A stretch of DNA of 46,553 nt from Thermoflexales bacterium (GTDB taxonomy: Bacteria; Chloroflexota; Anaerolineae; Fen-1058): contig JAUQXC010000940.1 in assembly GCA_030834825.1 (NCBI GenBank), positions 1-46,553 of the forward strand, given 5' to 3'. Position 1 is the first letter of the stretch. Every line of letters begins with the position of its first letter. The notes below the pieces were generated by a model, which worked only from the letters and a program-made list of their open reading frames with translations, was not told where the DNA came from and made no database searches. Position numbers and translations under genes: made by a program. Positions 25,199 to 34,335 of this stretch are shown here, piece after piece.

Positions 25199-25852
25199 AT
25201 GACGCCCGAATTTGAGTGGGATAAAAAAGTACTGAAGGCGCTCGATGCTGTGTATGCTGCGCCGAGTGCGCTAGCGACGAAGCAGGCACAGGCCAAATTG
25301 CGCAGGGCATTGATGGCGGCCAAGGGAAAGATCGTCTATTACGGTTACGCGCCCCGGACGCGAGTGGGATCGTTGTTCGTGGCCGTAAACGATCGAGGGT
25401 TGGTGGCGCTGGACTTTGGGTTGAGCGAGCAGGAGTTTGTGGCGCGTGTCTCGCACCGAATGCGGGCGACGTTGATCCGATCGGACGATGCGGTGGCGGA
25501 AGCGATGAAGCAGGTAAAGGAGTACTTGGAAGGGCAACGGACGAAGTTCGATCTGCCGTTGGATTTTAGCACGATGAGCGAGTTTCAACGACGGGTGTTG
25601 ACGATCGCATTGAAGATTCCGCGCGGCAAATATCTGACCTATGGAGAGGTCGCCAAAGCGATTGGGAAACCGCAGGCCTCGCGGGCCGTGGGGCAGGCGC
25701 TGGGGCATAACCCCGTCCCAATTGTGATCCCGTGCCATCGCGTGCTTGGCTCCGATGGTTCGCTGCATGGCTATTCGGGTGGCGGTGGCCTGCAAACTAA
25801 GGCGTGGCTGCTTCAACTGGAAGGCGCTTCCATTCCAGTATCCACCGAATAA
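25199..25852 (+). CDS. ogt: Methylated-DNA-protein-cysteine methyltransferase (Ogt/MGMT) with a ~50-aa N-terminal extension
   Basis: Active site IPCHRVLGSDGSLHGYSGG. The ATG at 25199 lies 8 nt after AAGGAGG; the track start at 25181 contains that RBS. Confidence 0.85.
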   Translation: MTPEFEWDKKVLKALDAVYAAPSALATKQAQAKLRRALMAAKGKIVYYGYAPRTRVGSLFVAVNDRGLVALDFGLSEQEFVARVSHRMRATLIRSDDAVAEAMKQVKEYLEGQRTKFDLPLDFSTMSEFQRRVLTIALKIPRGKYLTYGEVAKAIGKPQASRAVGQALGHNPVPIVIPCHRVLGSDGSLHGYSGGGGLQTKAWLLQLEGASIPVSTE

Positions 25853-25886
25853 GATTAGAGAAATTGTTAATTATACCTAATTTGTA

Positions 25887-25914
25887 TTGACAAATTTGAA
25901 ATTCGCCTTACAAT
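25887..25914 (+). promoter_or_regulatory. Sigma70-like promoter TTGACA-16-TACAAT
   Basis: TTGACA at 25887-25892 and TACAAT at 25909-25914, in an AT-rich gap about 40 nt upstream of the 25953 gene. Confidence 0.55.
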
Positions 25915-25952
25915 AGTCGGTATATAGCATAAAGGACCAAAGGAGGTTAGAC

Positions 25953-26246
25953 ATGGATTCCCAAATGTCGAGTGCGAAAACCCAGCTGCGGGTGATGTTG
26001 ATGAGAGGCGAAGTTCAGAGCGTGAAATCGAACTATCGGGGGCTGCGAGTTCGATCGGGACGGGCCTGGGTCACCCTGAATGGGCGTGACTTGGTGTTAA
26101 AGCGGGGCGAGGAAGTCGCGCTTGAAATGCGACAGGCTGCGGCCGTGGTGTCACCTTTGGGATACACGCCGTTGGTCATTGAATTACTAGGCGAGACACC
26201 CCGCCAACCAACAGCCGATCCACACCTGGCAATAAGTACACTATGA
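25953..26246 (+). CDS. Small protein, DUF2917-like
   Basis: RSGRAWVTLNGRDLVLKRGEEVAL resembles the DUF2917 core. AAGGAGG lies before the ATG, and the stop overlaps the downstream Lrp start. Confidence 0.45.
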   Translation: MDSQMSSAKTQLRVMLMRGEVQSVKSNYRGLRVRSGRAWVTLNGRDLVLKRGEEVALEMRQAAAVVSPLGYTPLVIELLGETPRQPTADPHLAISTL

Positions 26247-26752
26247 TGACGGCTCAACTAGACGACATCGATCGTCAGATACTCGATCTATTGCAACGCG
26301 ACGCGCGCATGACGAATGCGGCCATCGCCACCGAGGTGGGCCTCACGGCGCCTTCGGTGTTTGAGCGCATTCGGAAGCTGGAGCAGCGCGGCGTGATCTG
26401 CGGTTATACAATCAAGATCGATCCAGCCGCGCTGGGCAAGACGATGACGGCTTTCATCCGGGTGACGGCCGCGTTTGACGAGAAGTACGATGCCGGACTA
26501 GCTGCCATCAGCCAGGACGCCGATATCTTGGAATGTTACGGTGTCGCCGGCGAAGACTGTCTGATCATCAAGACGGTCGTCTGCGATCCTGGCGAGTTGA
26601 ATGCACTACTCAATCGTATTCGGGGACATGTGTCGGTGCAGCACAGCGTAACGATGATCGCGTTGCGGGCGCTGAAAGAAAATGCGCCGCTCAATGTATT
26701 GCCCAAAGCCGAACAACCGGCAGCCGCCAAGCGTGCGCGCACCAAGCAGTGA
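26243..26752 (+). CDS. Lrp/AsnC family transcriptional regulator
   Basis: LDDIDRQILDLLQRDARMTNAAIATEVGLTAPSVFERIRKLEQRGVI. Confidence 0.9.
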   Translation: MMTAQLDDIDRQILDLLQRDARMTNAAIATEVGLTAPSVFERIRKLEQRGVICGYTIKIDPAALGKTMTAFIRVTAAFDEKYDAGLAAISQDADILECYGVAGEDCLIIKTVVCDPGELNALLNRIRGHVSVQHSVTMIALRALKENAPLNVLPKAEQPAAAKRARTKQ

Positions 26753-26772
26753 ATTGAGCGAAGGGGGAAAGC

Positions 26773-27705
26773 GTGAAGCTGAAAGAATGGGTTGCCTTTA
26801 TCCTGTTGGGATTGATCTGGGGTTCGTCGTTTTTGTGGATCAAAATCGGCGTGGACGGCGCGGCCAGCATCACACCGTTCGTGCTGGTGACGTTTCGGGT
26901 GTCGTTCGGTTTGCTGGGCCTGCTGGTCGTGATGTACCTGCAACGCCAACACTTTCCACGCGATCGTGCCACGATCCTGAAGTTTGTGTTCATGGGCGTC
27001 TTCAACACGGTCGTGCCGTTTCTGTTGATCACCTGGGGCGAAACCAGGATCGATTCCGGCCTGGCTTCGATCCTCAACGCGGCCACGCCGTTGTTTGTGA
27101 TCGTGATTGCGCACTTCTGGTTGCACGATGAAAAGATCACACTTCCACGACTGGCAGGTCTGATCACCGGGTTTGTGGGCGTGGTCGTGCTGGTGCTGCA
27201 AAACCTCCAACCGAGTAGCGGGCAGAACGATATTTTAGGCGAGCTGGCTGTACTGCTGGCGACGGTGAGTTATGCAGTCGCTCTGATCTTTTCACGCCGG
27301 TATCTGCGTGGCGCAAAGCCCGTGGTGCAATCGACCATGATCCTGGTCGTAGCGACCGGGCTGATGTGGGTCGTCACGCCCGTCGTCGATCAGCCGCTGG
27401 TGCTCCCCTCGACGCCGTTGACGTGGATCGCCGTGATCTGGCTGGGCTTGTTAGGTCTGTGCGTGGCCTATCTGCTGTTCTTCTACCTCAACAACGCCGT
27501 AGGACCGACGCGCGCCTCCCTGGTGACCTACGTGTTCCCGGTGGTCGGCATGGTGCTGGGGCTGATCTTCCTGAATGAACCATTGACGTGGAACATGATC
27601 GTGGGCGCGGCTTTGGTGGTGGGCGGCATCGTCGTAGTGAATCGCAAACCGCGCGTGAAAACGGAAGTGAAAGTGGAAGCGGCCCTGGCGCCTGCCGGAA
27701 AGTGA
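26773..27705 (+). CDS. DMT superfamily (EamA-type) transporter
   Basis: Ten predicted TM segments in two EamA-like halves (WGSSFLWIKIG...). GTG start preceded by AAGGGGGA. Confidence 0.8.
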   Translation: MKLKEWVAFILLGLIWGSSFLWIKIGVDGAASITPFVLVTFRVSFGLLGLLVVMYLQRQHFPRDRATILKFVFMGVFNTVVPFLLITWGETRIDSGLASILNAATPLFVIVIAHFWLHDEKITLPRLAGLITGFVGVVVLVLQNLQPSSGQNDILGELAVLLATVSYAVALIFSRRYLRGAKPVVQSTMILVVATGLMWVVTPVVDQPLVLPSTPLTWIAVIWLGLLGLCVAYLLFFYLNNAVGPTRASLVTYVFPVVGMVLGLIFLNEPLTWNMIVGAALVVGGIVVVNRKPRVKTEVKVEAALAPAGK

Positions 27706-27773
27706 TGATCATGAGCGATCAGGCCTGGAGTGAGGAAAGTTCGCAAGGTGGCCGAAAAGCAGGGTAACAGGCG

Positions 27774-28103
27774 ATGGATGCTTTTGAAGTGACAGCGCTT
27801 TTGCAGGAACATGCTCGAACGGATAAACTGTATCTCGAGTTCCTGCGCAAGTCAGCATTGTCGCTGGGACTCTATCGCCTGCCTGCGGGCGGGGCCGATC
27901 CGCAGAGTCCACATACCGAGGATGAAGTATACTACGTGGTCGAGGGCCGGGCGCAGATTCGCGTGGGTGATGAAGATCGATCAGTCGGCCCCGGCTCGAT
28001 CGTATTTGTAGCGGCCCGGGTCGAGCATCGCTTTCATTCGATAGAAGCCGATCTTACGATACTGGTCTTCTTCGCCCCGGCAGAGTATTCACGCGCATCC
28101 TGA
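27774..28103 (+). CDS. Cupin domain protein
   Basis: HTEDEVYYVVEGRAQIRVGDE....GPGSIVFVAARVEHRF is the two-motif cupin signature. Confidence 0.75.
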   Translation: MDAFEVTALLQEHARTDKLYLEFLRKSALSLGLYRLPAGGADPQSPHTEDEVYYVVEGRAQIRVGDEDRSVGPGSIVFVAARVEHRFHSIEADLTILVFFAPAEYSRAS

Positions 28104-28156
28104 GCGGAGCCGCTTGCTACGAAGTCGAAGGATGCTGCGTATATTAGATCCGCATT

Positions 28157-28181
28157 CTTCGACTCACCGCACTTGCGCTGC
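28157..28181. repeat. 25-nt repeat CTTCGAcTCACCGCACTTGCGCTGC (copy 1), embedded in a hairpin-rich spacer
   Basis: Matches 37587-37611 at 24 of 25 positions. Both copies lie 57-67 nt upstream of a plus-strand ATG. Confidence 0.7.
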
Positions 28182-28237
28182 ACGCAGCGCGGTGCAAGTG
28201 TCACTGCGTTCCACTCAGAACGCTTCTCTAGTTTCTT

Positions 28238-28984
28238 ATGCCCTCTTCTCGCACAGAGTTCTTCAACGGGTGCAAGGCCGAGCTGCCGATCCTGCTCGGC
28301 GTTTTGCCGTTTGGCATGATTTACGGCGTGTTGGCGCTGCAGGCGGGCTTGTCGCCTGCCCTGGCGATGTCGATGTCGTTGATCGTGTTTGCCGGTTCGG
28401 CACAGTTTATCGGCACGCAGTTGATCGCTCAGGGTGCGGGCGGCCTGGTCATCGTGGCGACGACGTTCGTGGTCAATTTACGGCATGCGTTGTACAGCGC
28501 GTCGGTGGCGCCGTTCATCAAACAGGTGCCGCTGAGATGGCAGGTGCTGCTGGCCTATGTGCTGACCGATGAGGCCTACGCCGTCACGATTACGCGCTTC
28601 ACTCAACCCGATAGTTCGGCTGCCCTCAACAAGCATTGGTATTACTTCGGTGCAGGCTTCACGTTGTGGGCGTCGTGGCAGATCAGTACGGCGATCGGCA
28701 TCGTCGTGGGACAACTCATTCCTGAAAGCTGGAGCCTGGATTTTACGCTGGCGCTGACGTTCATTGCTCTGGTGGTGCCGAATCTGAAGGATCGCGCTAG
28801 TGTGGCAGCCGCCGTTTCGGCCGGCATCATGGCGGCGTTCAGTTATGCGTGGCCGTACAAGCTGGGTTTGTTTGCAGCGGCAATCACGGGGATCGTGGTT
28901 GGCATGATTATGGAGCAACGTCAGCCTCACCCCCTGACCCCCTCTCCTGAAACGAAACAGCGCCTTTCAGGAGAGGGGGAATGA
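28238..28984 (+). CDS. azlC: AzlC family branched-chain amino acid exporter subunit
   Basis: LGVLPFGMIYGVLALQAGLSP..MSLIVFAGSAQF, followed by an azlD-like gene. Confidence 0.85.
   Translation: MPSSRTEFFNGCKAELPILLGVLPFGMIYGVLALQAGLSPALAMSMSLIVFAGSAQFIGTQLIAQGAGGLVIVATTFVVNLRHALYSASVAPFIKQVPLRWQVLLAYVLTDEAYAVTITRFTQPDSSAALNKHWYYFGAGFTLWASWQISTAIGIVVGQLIPESWSLDFTLALTFIALVVPNLKDRASVAAAVSAGIMAAFSYAWPYKLGLFAAAITGIVVGMIMEQRQPHPLTPSPETKQRLSGEGE
28939..28977. repeat. Hairpin repeat CCCTCTCCTGAAA-(loop)-TTTCAGGAGAGGG (family copy 1), inside the azlC 3' end
   Basis: 13-bp perfect stem. It shares the CCCTCTCCyGAAA..ACGAAACA core with 33120-33157. Confidence 0.7.
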
Positions 28985-29038
28985 GCGATCGCAAATGGTC
29001 ATCTTTCCTGATTACTGATCCCTGATTAACTGATCCCT

Positions 29039-29362
29039 ATGAACCTCTGGCCAATCATCATCGGTATGGGCCTTGTTACCTTCGGGATTCGCCTTGTCCC
29101 GATCGTGCTGTTGGGCCGCATTGAGATTCCTCTCGTCATGCAGCGGGCACTGCGCTTTGTGCCGCCGGCAGTGTTGACGGCCATCATCGTGCCGGAGATG
29201 CTGTATCGCAATAGCCAGATCGATGTATCGCTGAATAATGTACGCTTGCTGGCCGGGTTGATCGCGATGGTGGTCGCGTGGCGGACGAAGAATGCGTTGA
29301 TCACGATCGGCGTCGGAATGATCGCGTTATGGGTATTGCAATATTTAATGGGACCTGGCTAA
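29039..29362 (+). CDS. azlD: AzlD family branched-chain amino acid exporter subunit
   Basis: 107 aa. MNLWPIIIGMGLVTFGIRLVPIVLL is a typical AzlD N-terminus. Confidence 0.8.
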   Translation: MNLWPIIIGMGLVTFGIRLVPIVLLGRIEIPLVMQRALRFVPPAVLTAIIVPEMLYRNSQIDVSLNNVRLLAGLIAMVVAWRTKNALITIGVGMIALWVLQYLMGPG

Positions 29363-29427
29363 ACCTGGGTAGTACGGAGTTTTCTTCCTGGCGGTGAAAT
29401 CTATGCAAATTCGTACCCCGTTTTGAT

Positions 29428-30039
29428 ATGCTCTCCGCTTTTCTTCACGGTTACCTCCTCTCTTTTGGTTTGATACTGCCGCTGGGGCCACAGAACGTGT
29501 TTGTCTTCTCGCAAGGGGCCACGCAGCCAAAATTGCGCCGCGCCTTGCCCGTGGTGTTAACCGCGGCCCTGGCCGATACCACTTTGATCCTCGTCGCGGT
29601 GCTAGGCGTCTCCGCCGTGGTCTTGACCCTGCCCTGGGTGAAGCTGGTCCTCGGCGTGTTCGGCGTGTGCTTCCTGATCTACATCGGTTGGGTGACGTGG
29701 CGCACAGAAATGCACGAAGACGATGCGACGAAATTGTCACAGCAGTGGCCGGCGCGGCGGCAAATCATCTTTACGCTGTCGGTGTCGCTGTTGAACCCGC
29801 ATGCGATATTGGACACGATCGGCGTCATTGGCACGAGCTCGCTGGCCTATCCGGGGACGGATCGCGTGGCGTTCACGCTGGCCTGCATCCTCAATTCATG
29901 GGCGTGGTTCTGGTTGCTGGCGGTGGCCGGAAAATCCCTCGGATCGATGGGGGCAGTGCGAAAGTGGCTCAACCGGGTCTCGGCGGTGATCATCTGGATC
30001 AGCGCCGTGTATCTGGTGTACAATTTGATGCGGATGTAA
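29428..30039 (+). CDS. LysE/ArgO family amino acid exporter
   Basis: FLHGYLLSFGLILPLGPQNVFVFSQG. 203 aa with six TM segments. Confidence 0.8.
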   Translation: MLSAFLHGYLLSFGLILPLGPQNVFVFSQGATQPKLRRALPVVLTAALADTTLILVAVLGVSAVVLTLPWVKLVLGVFGVCFLIYIGWVTWRTEMHEDDATKLSQQWPARRQIIFTLSVSLLNPHAILDTIGVIGTSSLAYPGTDRVAFTLACILNSWAWFWLLAVAGKSLGSMGAVRKWLNRVSAVIIWISAVYLVYNLMRM

Positions 30040-30071
30040 CGAGCAACGAGTGCTGAGTAAATGGAGGAAAC

Positions 30072-30635
30072 ATGAAGCGTTGTGCCTGGGGTGGCAGCAA
30101 TCCTTTGATGATTGAGTATCACGATACCGAATGGGGCGTGCCGCTGCATGACGAGCAGAAGTTGTTCGAGTTTCTGATCCTGGAGGGCATGCAGGCCGGG
30201 CTTTCGTGGAGTACGATCTTGAACAAGCGCGAAAATTTCCGCCGGGCCTTTGCGGAGTTTGATGTTGAGAAAGTGGCGCACTTCGGGAAGCGGGAGATCA
30301 ATCGGTTGTTGCAGGACGCCGGCATCATCCGCAACCGCTTGAAGATTGAGGCCGCGATCAACAATGCCCGGCGGTTCAGCGAGGTCCAAAAAGAATTTGG
30401 ATCATTCGATGCCTACATCTGGGGCTTCGTCGACGGTAAGCCGATCAAGCATGGCTTTAAGTCAGTGAAGGAGATTCCCGCCAAGACGCCGCTCTCCGAT
30501 GCGATCAGCAAGGACTTGAAAGCGCGCGGCTTCAAATTTGTCGGGTCCACGATCGTGTATGCCCACATGCAGGCGACGGGCATGGTAAATGATCATACGG
30601 TTGACTGCTTCCGTTACAAAGAAGTAAGCAAATAG
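30072..30635 (+). CDS. tag: DNA-3-methyladenine glycosylase I
   Basis: RCAWGGSNPLMIEYHDTEWGVPLHDEQKLFEFLILEGMQAGLSWSTIL. Confidence 0.9.
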   Translation: MKRCAWGGSNPLMIEYHDTEWGVPLHDEQKLFEFLILEGMQAGLSWSTILNKRENFRRAFAEFDVEKVAHFGKREINRLLQDAGIIRNRLKIEAAINNARRFSEVQKEFGSFDAYIWGFVDGKPIKHGFKSVKEIPAKTPLSDAISKDLKARGFKFVGSTIVYAHMQATGMVNDHTVDCFRYKEVSK

Positions 30636-30674
30636 GCCAGAAGATCGGCAAGATCCATCTCAGCGAGGACGAGC

Positions 30675-33107
30675 ATGCCAAAAATTACGGAACGAGTCGG
30701 AGAATTGATGAAGCAGTTGACGTTGCAGGATCAGCGGGTGGAGGCGTTGGTGAGCCAGCTGACGCTGAAAGAGAAAGTGGCGTTGTTGTCGGGGTTGGAT
30801 ATCTGGCGCACGGTGCCGATCGAACGGCTGGGCATCCCGTCGATCACGATGACGGATGGTCCGCACGGCGTGCGCGCCAGCCGGCACGAGGCCGGGCGTC
30901 CCGTCGGTCCGACGACGGCTTTTCCGACCGGGGTGTCGATGGCCTCGACGTGGAATCCCGATCTCATTGAAAAGGCAGCGGCCGCCCTGGCGGAAGAAAC
31001 ACACGCCATGGGTTGCGAGGTTTTGCTAGGCCCGTGCGTCAACATCGTGCGGCATCCGCTGGCGGGGCGCAACTTTGAAGCGTACGCGGAAGATCCCTAT
31101 CTGGCGGGCCGCATCGGTACGGCGTGGGTCAAGGGTCTGCAAAGCCAGGGCGTGGCCGCGTCACTCAAGCACTTTGCGTGCAATAATCAGGAGTTCGAGC
31201 GCTTCCGGGGCAATTCCGTGGTGGATGAACGCACACTGCGCGAGATTTACCTGCCGCAGTTTGAGATGGTGGTGAAAGAGGCCAAGCCGTGGACGGTGAT
31301 GTGCTCGTACAATCGCATCAATGGCGTCTATGCCAGCCAACACAACTATTTATTGAACGACATCCTGCGCGGTGAGTGGGGGTTCGATGGGTTGGTGATG
31401 TCCGACTGGGCAGCCAACCACACGATCGTTGAATCCGTGCAGGGTGGCCTCGATCTGGAAATGCCCGGCCCGGCGAAGTATTATGGCCAATTACTGGAAG
31501 AGGCGGTAGCGAATTGGCAGATCGAAGAACCCGTGATCGATGCGGCCGTGCGCCGCGTGTTGAAGTTGATCGTCCGTACCGGCCGGTTGGATGGAAAACC
31601 GGCGGCGGGGTCGGTGAACACGATCGAGCATCAGCAGCTCGCGCGTGAGGTAGCCGCCGAAGCGATGGTGCTGTTGAAGAATGACCAGGCCCTGCTGCCG
31701 CTTGACCTCAACGCGATCAAGTCGATCGCCGCGATCGGGCCGGGCGCGATCGAATGGCAGATCAGCGGTGGGGGCAGTGCGCGCGTCGATCCGTTATACG
31801 TGGTCGAACCGCTGACTGCGTTGAAGGCCAAGTTGGGTGATCGCGTTACGGTTGAGTATGCTGCAGGCTGCGATAACTACGTGGAACTTCCGACGATGCG
31901 CGGGGAGTTCAAGGCCGAATTTTTCAATAACCCGAGATTGGAAGGCGCACCGGCCGCGACGCGCTTTGAAAAAGCCTTGAATGCCGGGTGGTGGTTTGCC
32001 ACACCTGATCCCGCAGTCACTTCACGGCAGTACTCGGCGCGGTGGTCGGCCAAGCTCAACGTGCCACGCACGGGTCGCTATGCTTTTGGCGTGGGCAGCA
32101 CCTGGGACGCGCAAGTCTATCTGGATGGGCGCGTGATCGTGTCCAGTGGTCAGCCGGATATCGTGATCGATTTGGAAGCCGGAAGAGATTACGATTTCAA
32201 AGCGGAGATGAAGAAAGCCAATGATGTGCTCGCGGCCCATGTGCGCGTGGGGATGGCTTATCAGCCCGATCCTGACGATCGCATTCAGCAAGCGGCCGAG
32301 TTGGCCGCCCGATCGGATGTGGCGATTGTGTACGCCGGTTTCCCGGAGAATTTTGAGACCGAGGGGGTCGATCGGCCACATCTGGATTTGACGGGCCGAC
32401 AAAACGAATTGATCGCGGCGGTGGCCGCAGCGAATCCCCGGACCATTGTGGTATTGAATGTCGGATCGCCCGTGACGATGCCGTGGGTCAACGAGGTCGC
32501 CGCTATCGTGCTGGCCTACTATCCCGGCATGGAGGGCGCGATCCCGCTGACGAACATTTTGTGCGGCGAAGTCAATCCTTCGGGCAAGCTGACGGTCTCA
32601 TATCCGCAAGCGTTGAAGGATACGCCGGCATTCAACAACTATCCGGGCCAACGCAGCGTGGTTTACGGCGAAGGTATCTTTGTGGGCTATCGCCATTACG
32701 AGCTGCGCCAGATCGAGCCGCTCTTCCCGTTTGGGCACGGCCTGTCATACACGACCTTTGAGTATAGCGAATGGACGATGCCAGAAGTGGTGAAGCGCGG
32801 CGAGAACGTGAAGGTGTATGTGAAGGTGAAGAACACCGGGAAGGTAGCGGGCAAGGAAGTGGCGCAGTTGTATGTGAGCGACAAGCAGGCGTCGCTCCAA
32901 CGTCCCACGAAAGAGTTGAAGGGGTTCGCGAAGGTGGCGCTGCAACCCGGTGAAGAGAAGATGATCTCCTTTGAACTGAACGAACGCGCGCTGGCTTACT
33001 ATAACCCTGATCGCAAGGCGTGGGTGGCCGAGCCGGGCGAGTTCGAAGTGTTGATTGGTTCATCGTCGCAGGATATTCGTTTGAAGGCGAAGTTTGAATT
33101 GAGGTAA
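30675..33107 (+). CDS. GH3 beta-glucosidase (BglX-like) with an inserted PA14 domain
   Basis: KHFACNNQE, the GLVMSDW nucleophile region, a PA14-like insert (YSARWSAKLNVPRTGRYAFGVGSTWDAQVYLDG) and a C-terminal Fn3-like domain. Confidence 0.85.
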   Translation: MPKITERVGELMKQLTLQDQRVEALVSQLTLKEKVALLSGLDIWRTVPIERLGIPSITMTDGPHGVRASRHEAGRPVGPTTAFPTGVSMASTWNPDLIEKAAAALAEETHAMGCEVLLGPCVNIVRHPLAGRNFEAYAEDPYLAGRIGTAWVKGLQSQGVAASLKHFACNNQEFERFRGNSVVDERTLREIYLPQFEMVVKEAKPWTVMCSYNRINGVYASQHNYLLNDILRGEWGFDGLVMSDWAANHTIVESVQGGLDLEMPGPAKYYGQLLEEAVANWQIEEPVIDAAVRRVLKLIVRTGRLDGKPAAGSVNTIEHQQLAREVAAEAMVLLKNDQALLPLDLNAIKSIAAIGPGAIEWQISGGGSARVDPLYVVEPLTALKAKLGDRVTVEYAAGCDNYVELPTMRGEFKAEFFNNPRLEGAPAATRFEKALNAGWWFATPDPAVTSRQYSARWSAKLNVPRTGRYAFGVGSTWDAQVYLDGRVIVSSGQPDIVIDLEAGRDYDFKAEMKKANDVLAAHVRVGMAYQPDPDDRIQQAAELAARSDVAIVYAGFPENFETEGVDRPHLDLTGRQNELIAAVAAANPRTIVVLNVGSPVTMPWVNEVAAIVLAYYPGMEGAIPLTNILCGEVNPSGKLTVSYPQALKDTPAFNNYPGQRSVVYGEGIFVGYRHYELRQIEPLFPFGHGLSYTTFEYSEWTMPEVVKRGENVKVYVKVKNTGKVAGKEVAQLYVSDKQASLQRPTKELKGFAKVALQPGEEKMISFELNERALAYYNPDRKAWVAEPGEFEVLIGSSSQDIRLKAKFELR

Positions 33108-33119
33108 TTCTTATCCCGG

Positions 33120-33157
33120 CCCTCTCCCGAAAAGACGAAACACTTTTCGGGAGAGGG
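33120..33157 (+). terminator. Hairpin repeat CCCTCTCCCGAAAAG-(loop)-CTTTTCGGGAGAGGG (family copy 2), 12 nt after the GH3 stop
   Basis: 15-bp perfect stem with an 8-nt loop. There is no clear T-run, so its role as a terminator is inferred from position. Confidence 0.5.
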
Positions 33158-33171
33158 AGAGAGACTGAGCT

Positions 33172-34143
33172 ATGAAGACCATTCAACTGGGCAGCACGTC
33201 ACTGGAAGTGTCGCGTATCGCGTATGGGTGCATGGGCCTGGGCGGAAGTTGGGAACGAACAGTGCCGGTGAGCGAGGAGACGAAGCGCGAGGCCGTGCAG
33301 GCGATCCGCACCGCGTTGGATCAAGGCATCAACTTCTTCGATCACGCCGATATTTATCGCTGGGGCAAGTCGGAAGAGGCGTTCGCCGCTATCTGGTCAG
33401 AGGTGCCCAAGCTACGTGAGAAGATCATGGTGCAGTCGAAGTGCGGCATCGTGATGCCGGGCGCACGACCAGGCAGCACCGTGGGACAGTTCGATTTCAG
33501 TTACGAGTATATCACGCGATCGGTGGAAGGCAGCCTCAAGCGGTTGCAGACCAACTACCTCGATGTGTTATTGCTGCATCGGCCCGATCCGCTCGTCGAG
33601 CCGGAAGAAGTGGCGCGGGCGTTCGACGTTCTGCACGCGAGTGGCAAGGTGCGCTACTTCGGCGTGAGTAATCACACGGCGGGGCAATTAAGGTTGTTGA
33701 AGAAGCACCTCCAGCAGCCGTTGGTGGCGAATCAACTCGAGCTGAGTCTGCTGCACTTGCACCTGTTTGACGAAGGCGTGGTCTTCAATCAAGAAGCGAT
33801 GCATGGGGAAGGCACGCTGGAATACTGCCGCCAGCATCAGATCACGATTCAAGCGTGGGGGCCGCTAAAGAGTGGCGCAGTGATTACGGGTGAAGAAGAT
33901 CCACCGTCACCAGCGGCGCAGAATGTGGCGCACCTTATCGCCGAACTGGCGCAGGCGAAGGGGGTGAGCGCCGAGGCGATTGCCCTCGCGTGGCTGCTGC
34001 GGCATCCGGCAAAAATACAACCCATCACCGGCACGACTAAGCCTGAGCGCATCAGGGCAGCCTGCGAAGCCGATCAAGTGGAGTTGACGCGTGATGAGTG
34101 GTATCGCCTGTTTATTGCCGGGCGGGGAAATCGGATGCCGTGA
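33172..34143 (+). CDS. Aldo/keto reductase family oxidoreductase
   Basis: GCMGLGG, FFDHADIY, LLLHRPD and YFGVSNH motifs. Confidence 0.85.
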   Translation: MKTIQLGSTSLEVSRIAYGCMGLGGSWERTVPVSEETKREAVQAIRTALDQGINFFDHADIYRWGKSEEAFAAIWSEVPKLREKIMVQSKCGIVMPGARPGSTVGQFDFSYEYITRSVEGSLKRLQTNYLDVLLLHRPDPLVEPEEVARAFDVLHASGKVRYFGVSNHTAGQLRLLKKHLQQPLVANQLELSLLHLHLFDEGVVFNQEAMHGEGTLEYCRQHQITIQAWGPLKSGAVITGEEDPPSPAAQNVAHLIAELAQAKGVSAEAIALAWLLRHPAKIQPITGTTKPERIRAACEADQVELTRDEWYRLFIAGRGNRMP

Positions 34144-34335
34144 AGGAATAAGGCACGGTAAGGTGGTAATTCGCAGTCAAAAGTATGGATAACGGCTTAG
34201 CCATCATTCTCAGATGTTGTTATCGGGTCCCTAGCGCGACCAGTGGCGATCAGCCTTGACAAGGCAATTGAATTCCCACCAACTACCTGCGGGAATGACG
34301 AGTTACAAGGCTTTAAAAACGCTTTCTTACCGCTC

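Noticed and set aside
28114-28572. 152-aa plus-strand ORF overlapping the start of azlC in another frame
   Set aside because: It begins inside the repeat-rich spacer, has Arg/Ala-rich composition and competes with the strongly supported AzlC frame.
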